This document shows, piece after piece, positions 13,201 through 25,800 of a stretch of DNA of 64,000 bases; the first letter of the stretch is position 1; every line of letters begins with the position of its first letter. The position numbers and the translations under genes were made by a program. The DNA is taken from assembly GCA_903813345.2 (NCBI GenBank), contig CAIIXF020000001.1, positions 13,020,001-13,084,000 of the forward strand. Reading direction: 5' to 3'. Source of the DNA: Owenia fusiformis (Eukaryota). The notes under the pieces are model-generated. The model searched no databases. It was not told where the DNA came from and worked only from the letters and a program-made list of their open reading frames with translations.

Positions 13201-15216
13201 AATCTAGACAGGAGTACTGATGTAGGTATATTGGTATAAAACGTGTATACTTACTTGTGTGAAGTGGCCGGTCGCGCTGCTGAAGCCAGGTTCATTGTAA
13301 TTGTAATCCTCTATCTCATCATACCTATTCACGTAAATTTTACGCACAAAAATTATTGAGAACAAACATTAGGTTAGTATACGTATATATTACCTAGGAC
13401 AATGTTTGAATTAATGAAACAACACAACTGAAATGGAAATATGCGAGATGGTGTTCTCAAAAAACATGTGTCATGGTCGAAAAATTTCAGTTTGAACTGA
13501 GTCTCATTATTTAAATTTTACTAATCATGAAAGTGAGAATTCAGTATTTGGGTTTACAAATCAAAATCGTATTTTAATAGTTGAAGATTGAGAAAATATG
13601 GCCTCTAAAATATCTATTTTTGTATCTAACTTTATATTCAAACAATACAAATACAACACATATTAGTGTTTATATGTACCCTAGCTAGACTAAATGTAAT
13701 AAAATATTTAATCATACATGTTTTGTCATTTAATTGATAAATCACATTAAGTTGTTCATGTAGTATCTAATTTGTTTAGGGTTGGCTTATGTCCAATGAG
13801 TAAGTTGCTTGAAACAAGGCTTACCAAGATTGCGCCGCTTTGTTTCCCATTTCGTTCATTCCACTCCTTTGCGAATAGCTAGACCGAGATCTCCAAAGAT
13901 TCTCGCCAGCTAGAGGTTTCTGACGCTTTGAAGATGGTGAATGGGCGAACCTTAAAAAGGAACAATGCGGACTTGAGAAAACGGCCCTTTTTGGACTTTG
14001 AGAAGGTTCCCAAATTCTTTGAGAGTGAATGTCGCTGGTTGCACTTATCTATGCGGGGATCCAAAACTATTATGTCTAGCTTATTTCTAATATCTTTAGT
14101 GCGCCCCTTGTATATGTGTTGATGATTTGTTAGGGCGTTGAAGTTTGTTTCTAAGTAACAAATGCAAATGCTTTTCAATATTACCTTTTTGTTACTGCAA
14201 TCCAAATACACATTTTCTTAAAGGCCCCATATGAAGTTTGTGAATATATTTTTCATTCATTTATTATTTTTCATGACTATAAAAGTTATAGAGATTTATG
14301 AAATAAAATTCTTTGGGAAAAAAGTTGTCAGCTTTTAATTTTTCAAATGTTTTTTTAATTTCCCGCTATTTTTCAAATAAAAGTTGAAATTTTTAATCAT
14401 CAAATATTCCACTATCTACATCATCTTTTAAACACCATTGCAAAGATTGAACAAAGGACATATTATTTTAATAATAAAATGTCATATTGAATGTGTCACT
14501 TGAATGTTTTAGCATATTAAACAATTGTTGCACCCTAAATGACACCACCGTGATGTCATTTAGGATGCAGACATTATTTGAGAAAATTCAAATTTTTCTT
14601 CTATGTCAATTTTTTTCTAAGTATGTTAATCTTCAATTTAATGTTGATTGTCTAGGTTGAAAAGAAGAATATATCCGGTTTCAAATATTGCAAGTACCAT
14701 TGATTTCAATTATCTTAATTTTTTCGACAAAAGTTACGTGAGGATGATTGATATGCATTGGTGTGAATTAATACTTATTAAAAGATAAGAATGAGGTCTT
14801 AAGTTTTTTATAACTTCACGATTTTTCGAACAAAAAGTCCTTTGATAATTAAAAAAATCCACATGTCACATTTTGATAACATTGAGCGAGACTACAACAA
14901 GAGCCATAGTTAAAACTTTATTGGGGTCTTTGATTTGGACGTTATCACGAATTTTCTCAAAAACGTCTTTGATGACAGGCATTTTAATGGAAAATGTAAC
15001 TTACGCGCCGGTACGCTCCAGTGTTTTGCAGTAAATCAGGGCACGCGTTGCCATTGCCTTATGCCATTTCAAAGGAGGTGTATTTTCATGACAAGCTCTC
15101 AGTTCATTGTGTCTTCTGAGGATGTTCTTCTCAAATACAGTTGTTTGAGAATACCCAAATCCAATTTGTTCCAGAATCAAAATAGAGAAAAAATACAGAA
15201 GTAATATCCCCTTCAT
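7227..15216 (-). CDS. Secreted CAP/SCP domain protein with Thr-rich linker, sushi-like and CCP domains and a Cys-containing C-terminal region, paralog A
   Basis: Exons: 15216-15005, 13950-13825 (FAHS..GENL), 13324-13255 (YDEIEDYNY..GHFTQ), 11130-10941, 10286-10101, tentative small exons 9935-9912, 8755-8687 and 8607-8590, then 8299-8105 (CCP: CPQL..HG..ATYACKTGYTLVG..RTC..G.WS..PSC), 7830-7662 and 7440-7227 (TAG). The first five exons are exon-for-exon homologous to paralog B. Confidence 0.85.
9052..9857. mobile_element. Non-autonomous TIR element with GTTC-rich interior in a CAP-A intron
   Basis: Inverted ends tatcacaccaaactagttct / agaactagtttggtgtgata; an extra internal right-end copy near 9450. 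Confidence 0.65.
11358..12634. mobile_element. Transib-like non-autonomous element
   Basis: Termini CACGATGccc.tgtcaa / ttgaca.gggCACCGTG; 5-bp TSD ATTTC (11353-11357 and 12635-12639); repeated subterminal motif aaactgcgcgcct. Confidence 0.75.
14222..14929. mobile_element. Kolobok-like MITE (same family as 27997-28830, opposite orientation)
   Basis: TTAA|aggccccatatgaagttt ... aaactttattggggtct|ttga; internal blocks such as tttcccgctatttttcaaa match the reverse complement of the 28 kb copy. Confidence 0.65.
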
Positions 15217-16887
15217 AATTTTTACTTGTTATTAGTCAGCATATGATTAACGATGTTATTGAGTTTTTAGACTGATCAGTCATACTTGCTTGCGTGAGCT
15301 GATTTTATGTTCAGATTTGTTGACACATTCCTTTAACAAGTATAGTAGAAGTAATCAGTCATGTCTAATTCAAATTTTACCTTTTGCGCTTTCTGCTTAT
15401 GAAACATCGTATCTGTATACATAAACAGGTTGATCAATAAATCATGACAATAAGCTTCCATATCACAAGCCCATTAGAGAACTTGCGGTATAGAAGGGTA
15501 GATAGGCAATATAGTTTTGGTCGGGAATACATATACTATGGTGAAATTGACAAAAGTTACTTTTTTTATAACGTCCCGAATAATCTGTTTATGTGTTTCC
15601 AGGCGATCTATTTGACGGATTGATTATAAATTTTCGGGATGTTTCTTTGTACGAAATGTGTATTCTGGGTAAATGTTAAAGCAGCTTTTTTAGATATTCC
15701 GTCAGAAAATCTTATCTTGTCAATGAATTTTGTTTGCTCTTGTAAACTAACTGAATTCAAAGCATGGTTCAAATTGTTGAAGCCATATTGCATTCCATCA
15801 GATGTATAGGATATGTATGTTCTATCAAGGTCAGGATTAGAAAATGTGAAGTTAATTCCAATGAGCGAGTAAACGTTTCTAATCAGCACGCTACTTTTGT
15901 AAAAGTCACGCTATGGTGATCAATGGCATGTACTTGTCATGTCCATCTTGTGCTTGTCAATAAAAGAAGCGAGAAGATCGTAATGATGTCATGCCAAATT
16001 GTTGAATGTCATTCTTATAATAGCATGACTTGGAATCGGAAGATTTGACAGTTATGGCGGATCAAGCTATTTCTATCGCACCCTTGGGTGCTATATTGTA
16101 ATCAATTTACCGGGCGAACGGATGGGATGTCGAGCGTTCCACTAATTTTGTGTTTCCAGGCAAACCGTTAAACAGATTTATTTATTAATGGATTCATGGT
16201 CATTCTTTTGCATTTTGGGTGGATGTTAAGGCGGCCATTTTGGATTTTGGAGCTGGCAACAAAATTTTAAATCATATGAAATCATATACAAGTATAATTA
16301 GACTTTGGCGTTAAAAATGAAATGAAATCAATTTAATTATCCCAAGTAGGTGAATCATGTAACTATGTTTTATAAGGCCTAATTAATTACAAAATACTCA
16401 CAACAGGCGGTAATACATACTTCAAATAAAATAAATTAATTATCCTGGATCTTGGCCACGTATGTATTTCCTTAACCTATATGTGATGACTACTGTTGAT
16501 ATAAACCGTATCAAAAACGGAAATAATTAGTTCTTTGATACTTTTACCTCAAAGAACAGAATTCCTTTACTCCAAGTTACTCAAGTCCGACCAACAGACA
16601 CACAACCAGTTAATACTGGAGAACATATTGACGAGGAAGCATTCTTGAAGCATCACATGGAAATATATCTATATCACTGTGTTGAAACCATTGCTAATAT
16701 TGTATATTCGCTACATAAGATTGTGTATCCGAACGTCTTTTGTCGTCGTTTCAAACTAAAAACAAAAACAGTCGTACGTCCTGTGACAGTATGTAGCTTT
16801 GAACGCACACCCCGGACTAACAACTTTCTTTATTCAGATCTTTCATAAAGAAAAATTGAACGTACAAAACGGATCATTGACGTGAAA

Positions 16888-19800
16888 ATGAACAAGTTTG
16901 TTTTTATTATCTTAATCGTCTCAGTACTCTACGCTCGTGGAAAAGAGGATTTGCTAAACATAAAGGTTGGGTTGTTACTACCAAGGACAGGCTCTCTGGA
17001 CTATCTAGGATGGGAAACGAACGCTGCAGCAACAACCATGGCAATTGAGAAGGCTCGCATAGACGGCATCTATGATCCAGAACGTGTTAATGTTTCGTAA
17101 GTTTTTCACTTCGAATCTATTATGATGAATTATGATGATGAACTTGAATATTCAAATTGTGTTTAAAAAATTACAAGCCCATAAAGTATATATAAAGGTA
17201 AACTTACATTATGATATAAAAAAGATTACTGATACAAATACTTAGCAGAACCTAGGGTATAAAACGAAAAATAGCCAAGATTTTGACTTCATTGACACTG
17301 AAAGTAGACCCCAAAATTAATGATACAGAAACAAACCTTCGAGAGATTATTATTCAGAGTAGCTTGGCGAGATACAAAGTGCTGGGAAAGACATGGAATT
17401 GGGGCAGCTGTTGAACTGTTCAGATACGAAAATGTATCTGCTTTCGTTGGTCCTGCGTGTTCTGAAGGTATATTGAATGGGTTGGGGAACGGGTCTCCTC
17501 TGCTTGCCATCATGTTAAGGGAGAAACGAATGCTACAGATGAGGTGGCATCCATTCTGCTTGTCTCGTTGGATTCAATATGATCTGACTGTTAGTTTTGC
17601 CAATAAGAGGAGACCCCTGTGTCTGTATCTGTGTTTCCTGATGATATGACATTATCATCAAGATTATATTCAGTCGATGTATCTATTAAAATTGACTTTC
17701 AGTATAGACTTCAGGGATACCAAGTGTTGGGAGAGGCATGGTATAGGTGCTGCAGTCACCCTCTACAGGGAAGCCAATGTTGACGCGTTTATAGGCCCCG
17801 CGTGTTCCGAAGGTATCCATGATGTTGCAATCATTGCTTCATACAAGACAAAGTTCACTTAAAACATGATTCACATTCTAGGTCGCAAAATACAACATAG
17901 TAGTATTAGTATTCACAAATTGGCCCTGCTATATGATCGAATTGCTGAAATTCGTTCTTCTTGTATACGTGATCTTTTATGCTCTGAAAATCAGCCTTTT
18001 CGGTCGGTCTTTAAACAAATTTCAACATACCCGATACGTGAAATGAATACATACGTACAAAGAAGGTTAAGTGCTTGTATTTTGCGAACCAGTCTGAGTC
18101 ATGTTATTTTTATTCTCAAAAAATCTTACAATATACTTGTTAAATTTACAGAATTCAATACGTAGATACGCGCTGTAACGAGAGGGAGGGAATAGGAAAA
18201 GCGGTTGAACTTTACCGACACGACAACATTGATGCGTTTATCGGGCCCGCTTGCTCATCTCGTGGGTAACCTCTTGTCTCCCAACCACTGAGTGATATAT
18301 TGTATAACACGTAGTCTAATCAAACAAAATAACTAATGAATATGTATATACAACGAAATATTCTGTAACTAATATGTAACTCAATAATTTCAATGATGTT
18401 TAAAAGTAATTTTAACTGAAATTATTTCGTTTTAATCAGCAATCTATTGTATATAATATATATGTATATATAACAAGGCATGGGTAAAACAATACATTAC
18501 CAATTTAGAAGTTTTAGAAATGTGAGATTTTTTGAGTGCATCCAATAGTTGTACGGGAAAAATGAGTAACATTTTATCGAATTAGTTAGTATGACACAGA
18601 GGAACTTCACCTCTACCTATAATTCATAAAAATACATTTGCACCAGAAAAAACTTTAAACATTTAATTAAATTTGAATAAATATAAATAAATTAATATAA
18701 AGGATTTTAAATTGCGTATCTTAAGCTGCCGTTCCAGTGGGTCATTTAGCCTCATTTTGGAACATCCCAATGTTTGGACATGCCTCAACGGATCCGGTAT
18801 TATCCAACAAAAGACTCTTCACAACTCTTCTCCGCCTGCTTCCACCCTACAACAAAATGGGATCAGCGTTCGTTGAAATCTTTAAGTTTTATGGATGGAG
18901 ACGGTGTGTGATGCTAACAACACGCCTGGCGTCCTTGATGAGTGAAGCGTCAAGATCTGTTTTACAAAAGTTTCGGGAGTTTAACATCACACTGGCAGAT
19001 TTCATTGAAGTTAATAGTAATCTTGATGACAGCGATATTGATGATTATTTGAGAAGATTTCAACATCGGGGAAGAAGTAAGTCGGCTTTTTCTTCAGTTG
19101 ATCATTTTAACATGGCCATTTTCAATTGTGTGGGTAAGCTATATAGTTGAAATCAAAATGAATTTCAAGTACTTGTTTTGATAACATTCTAGCAGTATTC
19201 TCTAAAGCAAATGAAGGAATTACTCTTCTTGGTCTTGCCAACTCCACTTACGACCATTTACTCACATCCTGATACATAGCGTTCTTATTTTCGCAGTTAT
19301 CGTATTGCTGTTAACTACAAATGATATCAGACGAGTCATGGTCCGCGCAAGACATATGGGACTGACGAACGGAGATTATGTCTTCTTGACTACACTTTAT
19401 ATTCTGCCAACTGACGAGGTCTTGCGTCCATGGGTAGCTAACAATACCGGCGATTTTGGAGCCAAAGATGCATTTCAATCTCTATTACACGTGAGACACA
19501 AAATTTATTTTTCTTCTTTTTACGTGTTCTTATAACTCATTAAATTCAGGTGTGATTACATTTTGTGTCTTACTTATCAAATGATGATGATATTTCTAGG
19601 TCACTGTTGCATCTGTGAAAACACCAAAATCAGATGCGTTCCGTGAACAAATGGCGACTGAAATGCGCAAACCTCCTTGGAACTGGAACACTAACATTTT
19701 CGGCGGGGACATCAAGGTTTATAATTCAACAATCTTTTGCTAATTATAACTCAGGATCACAAATTTTTGATAAAAGTCCTTCACATGTTACGTCCGATTT

Positions 19801-22800
19801 TTAACAATGTTTGAGAAAATCCCTTCACACTTAACCTCTGATTCTTAACAATGTTTGAGAAAATTCCTCCACGTGTAACCTCCGATTCTTTACAATGTTT
19901 GAGAAAGTTCCTCAAGATTTAACCTTCAATCCTTTACAATGTTTGATTAAAGTCGTCCACATTAAACATCCGATTCTGTATTTAATGTTTGATACAAGTC
20001 CTCCACAATCCACATGTAACCTCCGACTCATTGCAATATTTGATAAAAGTCTTCCACATGTAACCTCCGATTCTTAACAATGTTTGATAAATGCCCTCCA
20101 CATGTAACCTCCGATTCTTTACGATGTTTGATAAAAGGCCAGATGTATATATTTAAAATGTTTAGCATTACTTTTAGAATATAGTCGTCTGTCAAGCATA
20201 TGTTCCCGTTGGGTGGGGAAGTAAAAATGGCCACTACGAATTTTTTTATATTTTTATTCTTGCAGAATAAAGTACATTCTTGTACATTAAATTATAATGA
20301 CTGTCACCCTGTTGAAACAAAGAACCTGCCTTGATAACACTTTTCAAACCCCATTCACAATATAATTAAAATGATACATTGACATTGCAGCTATTCAATA
20401 CACATTTGAAAATGTGTACATGTATATTTACCCACTCTGTAGTTCCCTTTATATTTAAAACGGGTGTAGGCTTTAACATAAAAACTAGTGCAAGGTAGAA
20501 TCAATATGCGTTTTAAATACTATATTTATGCTTGGAATTGCTGCAGGAGGTATATATAACTATTTTGTAAATAGAAGTAAAGAAATATTTATATTTATTA
20601 AAATATATTAAAGTTATTTCTAACCTTTTAATTTAGTTTTCTTTTCAAAAGACTTCTGTAAAGTAGAGTTACTGGAGTATTCGTCACATGTGCGCATGTG
20701 TCGTTTCCTTTGAATGTTCCGACCATTCTTTACAATGTTTGATAAAAGTCCACCACATGTAATCTCCGTTCTTTACAATGTTTGATAAAATCCCTCCATA
20801 TGTAATCTCCGTTTCTTTGCAATGTTTGATAGAAGTCCTTCGCGTGTAACCTTCGATCCCTCCATATGTAACCTCCATGTCTTTACAATGTTTGATAAAA
20901 GTCATCCACGTGTTACCTCCGACTTTCTTTGTTTGATAAAAGCTTTCCATGTGTAACTTCCGATCCGTTACAATGTTTGATAAAAGCTAAGGCCTCCACA
21001 TGTAACCTCCGATTATATTATTAATGACAACTATATTTTGTTATATCCGTGGCCAAGAGGATACTTGAGTTCAAATACAATGCAAAATATTCCACAGTAG
21101 TAAACTGGCGTGAAATATCGAGGTGCTATGGCAAGGATAGTATTTTATTACTGAATTCCACAAGTAACCTATATTTTAGGGTTCGATGTTTTCCCTGTTT
21201 CTCCACGATGCTGTCTATCTCTATCTTCTCGCCTTGAACGCTACGATTTCAAACGGTTTAGACTATAAAAATGGATCCATGATATTCGCCATGGCAAAAG
21301 AAATGGAATTTGACGGTATTTATAATTTACTCTATTTGCAATCTTCATTTACTCAACTAAACAATGGTTCCTTAACCTTTGTTCATTGTTTAGGCTGTTG
21401 GGGCTTGTTTTCTTACAACTGGCTGTGCTTTTCAATAATTCTTTACGGCCCAAATTATATTTCCTTAAGATGTAATTGTTTGTTTTTCACATTTGTATTT
21501 ACACATTTTCACAATACAATGAAGAAATCATGCATAATCCTAATTTCCCATGTCAACGGGTCCAATATAATATAAAAAATGAAATGAAACAATACCAGGA
21601 CGGAATGAGGGTCACTATAAAATGATAGCATCAAATCAAATTGAATTAAATTTCCCAGGAATGAGTGGTAGGGTAGTGCTTGATGATCAGGGAGAGAGGG
21701 AACCTGACTTCTGGATCTGGCAACTTCCCCCAGGGAAAGATGAGTTCGAATACATGGCAGAAGTGAAAAACACTGGAAAAGAAGGCCAGGTTAGAAATTT
21801 GACATTTTAATATTTAATATTTTGGGTAAATCAGGATGATCATCTGCCATGCCATGTGTCCCTTGATCTGGGAATATTGATCCATTGCGCCCATAAATGT
21901 CAGAATGTGTCAGATTTGTAAATTAATGCGCCGTGTAAAATGAAAACCCCAGGATGAACTCACATTATGATGATAATGGTGATATGCAAATGTCATTCAG
22001 ATGTATGTATATGTAAACTTCCAACATTTCCATAAGAATATAGTCTCCTGCCGAGTATGTGATCCTATATGATGGGTCAATTGTTAAATAATTATTAAAT
22101 AATTGACCCAAATAATTTTTACTTTCTTGTACATATCAAAAATGTCAATCTCGTGAAACAAATTAAGAACATGTCTTGATAACATTTACTTTTGTGTCCA
22201 AACGCTTAATATTTAAACCCCATACAATATATGATTATAATGATAAATCGACCTTAACTGAAGCTTTCTTATTTTTATTTTCAAATCTGAATTTTACTGC
22301 CGTTTCCTTTAAACGTGTGTAGCCTATTACAGAAAACTGATGGAAGATAGGATTAATCAATATACATTTTAGATACTATATCCACACGCAGCGATGCAAG
22401 GTGTGTCCAATTTCAACCAATCAGAACACGCTACTTCATATAACTGCATTGCATTATATAGCTAACAACCCACCCAAGGTCATTTATAGATTCTAGTGAA
22501 ACTAATGAAACTGATAAGCTGATCAATTTCATAGTCGAGTAAAAATATAATACAGTATCATATCATGTTTATTATAATAGGGAATAACCTGCAAAGTGCT
22601 TGTGCAGGTCAAATGGTAAGTATTAAATGGTTGTCAAGGTGACAAGTTGTCTCGTACAAAATATATATTTGAAAATATATTCCTTTTAGTCATTTCGTAT
22701 CTTTTAAGTGATGTTGTAAGGAACATTTTGCGATGTGTGAAAAGAATTTAAGCCCAAGACGCATTGCATTGTGGCTTATTCATTCCATTCATTCAGGCGT

Positions 22801-25800
22801 TATTTCCTAAACACCTTAGAGGAATGATTATAATCAGTCTACAATGCACTGAATCTAGGGTTTAAATTCTCAATTTATTTTTGGAATTGCTGCAGGAGGT
22901 ATATATAATTATTTTGTAAATAGAAGTAGATAATTCCTTAAATTCATTAAAATATAAAAATGTTAAAGTTTATTTCAAACCTTTGATTTAGTCCTCTTCA
23001 AAGGGTTCGTGTCTCTTAGAATTGCATTAGTCACATGTGCGCATGCGTGTTTTCCTTCAAATGTTCCAGCGAGTCCATGTTCTGAACAAGCCCTATTGGC
23101 AAACGAAGGATGGTAGTGTTCCGCTAGACACCCCAGCGTGTGGGTTTTTTAATGAAAAATGTCTGGAAGAGGAACAAAACAGAGGTAATTTATTTACATG
23201 TAAAATGTGTATATTGATTAATTCACATAGCGTTAGAGTTACTGCTTAAATAATCCTTTAGCTCATCAAGGAACACTTATATTATCCCTATTAGTGTTTT
23301 GTTCTAGTCATCTTGGAATAGATACTCGTTCTTTGCTTCAGGGCTTGATATTGCCATTATTATGATAGTTGGTGGAGCTGCCGTGTTGTGTATGATGTTG
23401 ACAGGGGGATATCTACTATACAGGTACTTTGCATTGGGAAATTATTGTCGATTTAAGTGGGATTTTACATGACTGTTATATATTTAAGTCTCTATACTTA
23501 AATATTTGTATTTGTTTGTATACTAAACAATAATAATTATTATTCTATTCAGACGGAGGAGAAATGAGGGTGAAGACGAGATGATGTCATGGAAGATCGA
23601 GTATGAAGATTTGAAGTTCAATGTAAAAGTAAAGAAAGGAATCGGAAGTACTGCTACCAAATCAACCGGAAGTCAGGTGTGCAATTTAAATTGTTAGAAC
23701 GCTGTAATCTAATCTTATCAGTAATGTGCAAATTCAACAGATTTAGTTGAGAAACATGTCAAGATACAAACTATGATTGTTAATCTAAAATAGTGTGTAT
23801 ATGTGTTTCAAAAACATTCATTTCACTTTTTGACAATTACACTGTAGATGTCTAAAAGCAATCTAGACAATCGTTCCAAGAGTAATAACAGCTCTTCGCA
23901 CGTCGATCAGTCCAGTCAGGAAGGCGTGACGAGCCAGGAGAGGCAAGATAGAACTGTTGGAATGTATAAAACAGTGACTGTATGGGTGAAATACATCCAC
24001 GCTGGAATACTTCTCACCAAAGAAGACCACAAGGAACTCAAAGTGGTAACTGCGGTTATGATTATTAACTAAATAGTAACGTTAGCAACTGAATGAATAA
24101 TGAAACACCACTGAGTAAAAATTACGTAAAAGTCATGATACATAAAAGCAAAAGTAGTAAAAGTATTGAACATTTACACTATTTATATAATTTTTGTGTT
24201 TTTAGATGAAAGACTTGAGTCATGAGAATGTTAACCAGTTTGTCGGAGTTTGTATCGTTCCACCAAAAGTTTGCATTTGCTTCGCATTTGCCGCTAAGAG
24301 AAGTCTGCAGGTGAAACTATGAATATAATTTATATAAGTCTATATGTACATCCCATAAATGGCTGACCATTATACACAAGCGTTATATTGTGCACATTTT
24401 TAAAAAAGCATGTGAATGTATTCTATGTAACTAATGAATGGTTGACATTGTAGGACATCATTTCTAATGAGGACATCAAACTGGATTGGATGTTTAAACA
24501 GTCACTAATCTCAGACATCGTCAATGTATGTATTTATGTTCCTCTTAAAACCAATGTGCACGATGTTAACAAAGTAACTATAGAATCCTTCCAAGTCATC
24601 CTCCGAACGCAGGGTTCCAGACATCATCCACTAAGTTCCTTCCTTCTTCTAGAAGAAGGAGGTATGACTTCTGGAGGCCTGTGTTTGGAGGATGTTCGAA
24701 GTAAGTGTTTCAATTCTTTTGGACAAAAGCAGTGCAAAGGCTAATTACATAATGATGATTTAAAAGAAACAATTCATATCGGTAGTTCTTACGTGAGCAA
24801 TTTCAGTAAAATAAAATATCATCAAAATTATTTTAATTTCAAAGGGTATGGAGTATATCCATGGCTCATTGTTGGTCTCCAATGGTAATCTGAAGAGTAG
24901 CAATGTTGTTATTGATGGTCGTTGGATGCTCAAGATATCTGACTATGGTCTACAGTCTTTTCGGATGGCCACTGCCAGAAAGAATTCAAAGGGCGAATTC
25001 GCAGCATATTATGGTTTGTAGACTATATTGAATAATGTGCGTGCAAACAAATAATATTATTATGATATTAATATTTTAATTGGTATGCCGATCTATGAAA
25101 ATATGTTTGATTACTTTGAACTAATTCTATTTTTGCTTTCAGCAAAGCTGTGGCGAGCTCCCGAGCTGCTGAGGATGGCAAACGCTCCACAAAAAGGAAC
25201 TCAAAAGGGAGACATTTATAGCTTTGCCATCATTCTGCAAGAAATAATATTTCGCACTGGACCCTATCATCAGACTGAAATCCACCCAAAAGGTATTTTA
25301 TTCACTATGCAGAGTTGCAGACCGCCATTATACCTATATACAGAGGGTGGGCCAAAAAAAACCAATACCCAACTTCAAATCAGGATAAAAATAGTTGCAT
25401 TCAATATGATACATTGACCTACATATCATTTTAAAGGTTATACAATTTCAAATAATTTGATATATAACACTATGTCATGAAATCAATAGTACAGTTTTAT
25501 TATACTTATTTGGGAGGCCGGGTTGCTATTTGGGGTCTCTAGATTTTAGGGAGAAAATAGTAAATCTGCGGGATTTTGTTAATTTTTTTTATAGAAAATT
25601 ATTCTTTTGTTAGGTGAATACATGCTTGGATATTGATATTTGCATCATTGTGTGACTAAATTTATTGTTTATGAATTTCAGTGTTGTTTAATAACATTTT
25701 ACACTTTATTTATTTAAACAATTTTAACAATTGCTCAATGTACCCCACCCCCTCCCCTCTGAATCAACAATAAGCTTCAAGTGGTAGCGCAATCTATCAA

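Noticed and set aside
17358-18261. Duplicated exons as an assembly artefact or haplotype duplication
   Set aside because: The copies are strongly diverged at nucleotide level and their flanking introns are unrelated, yet length, phase and key residues are preserved.
19765-21012. Regular ~39-bp repeats as a CRISPR array
   Set aside because: Head-to-tail degenerate units with no unique spacers, inside a eukaryotic intron, and no cas genes. It is a minisatellite.
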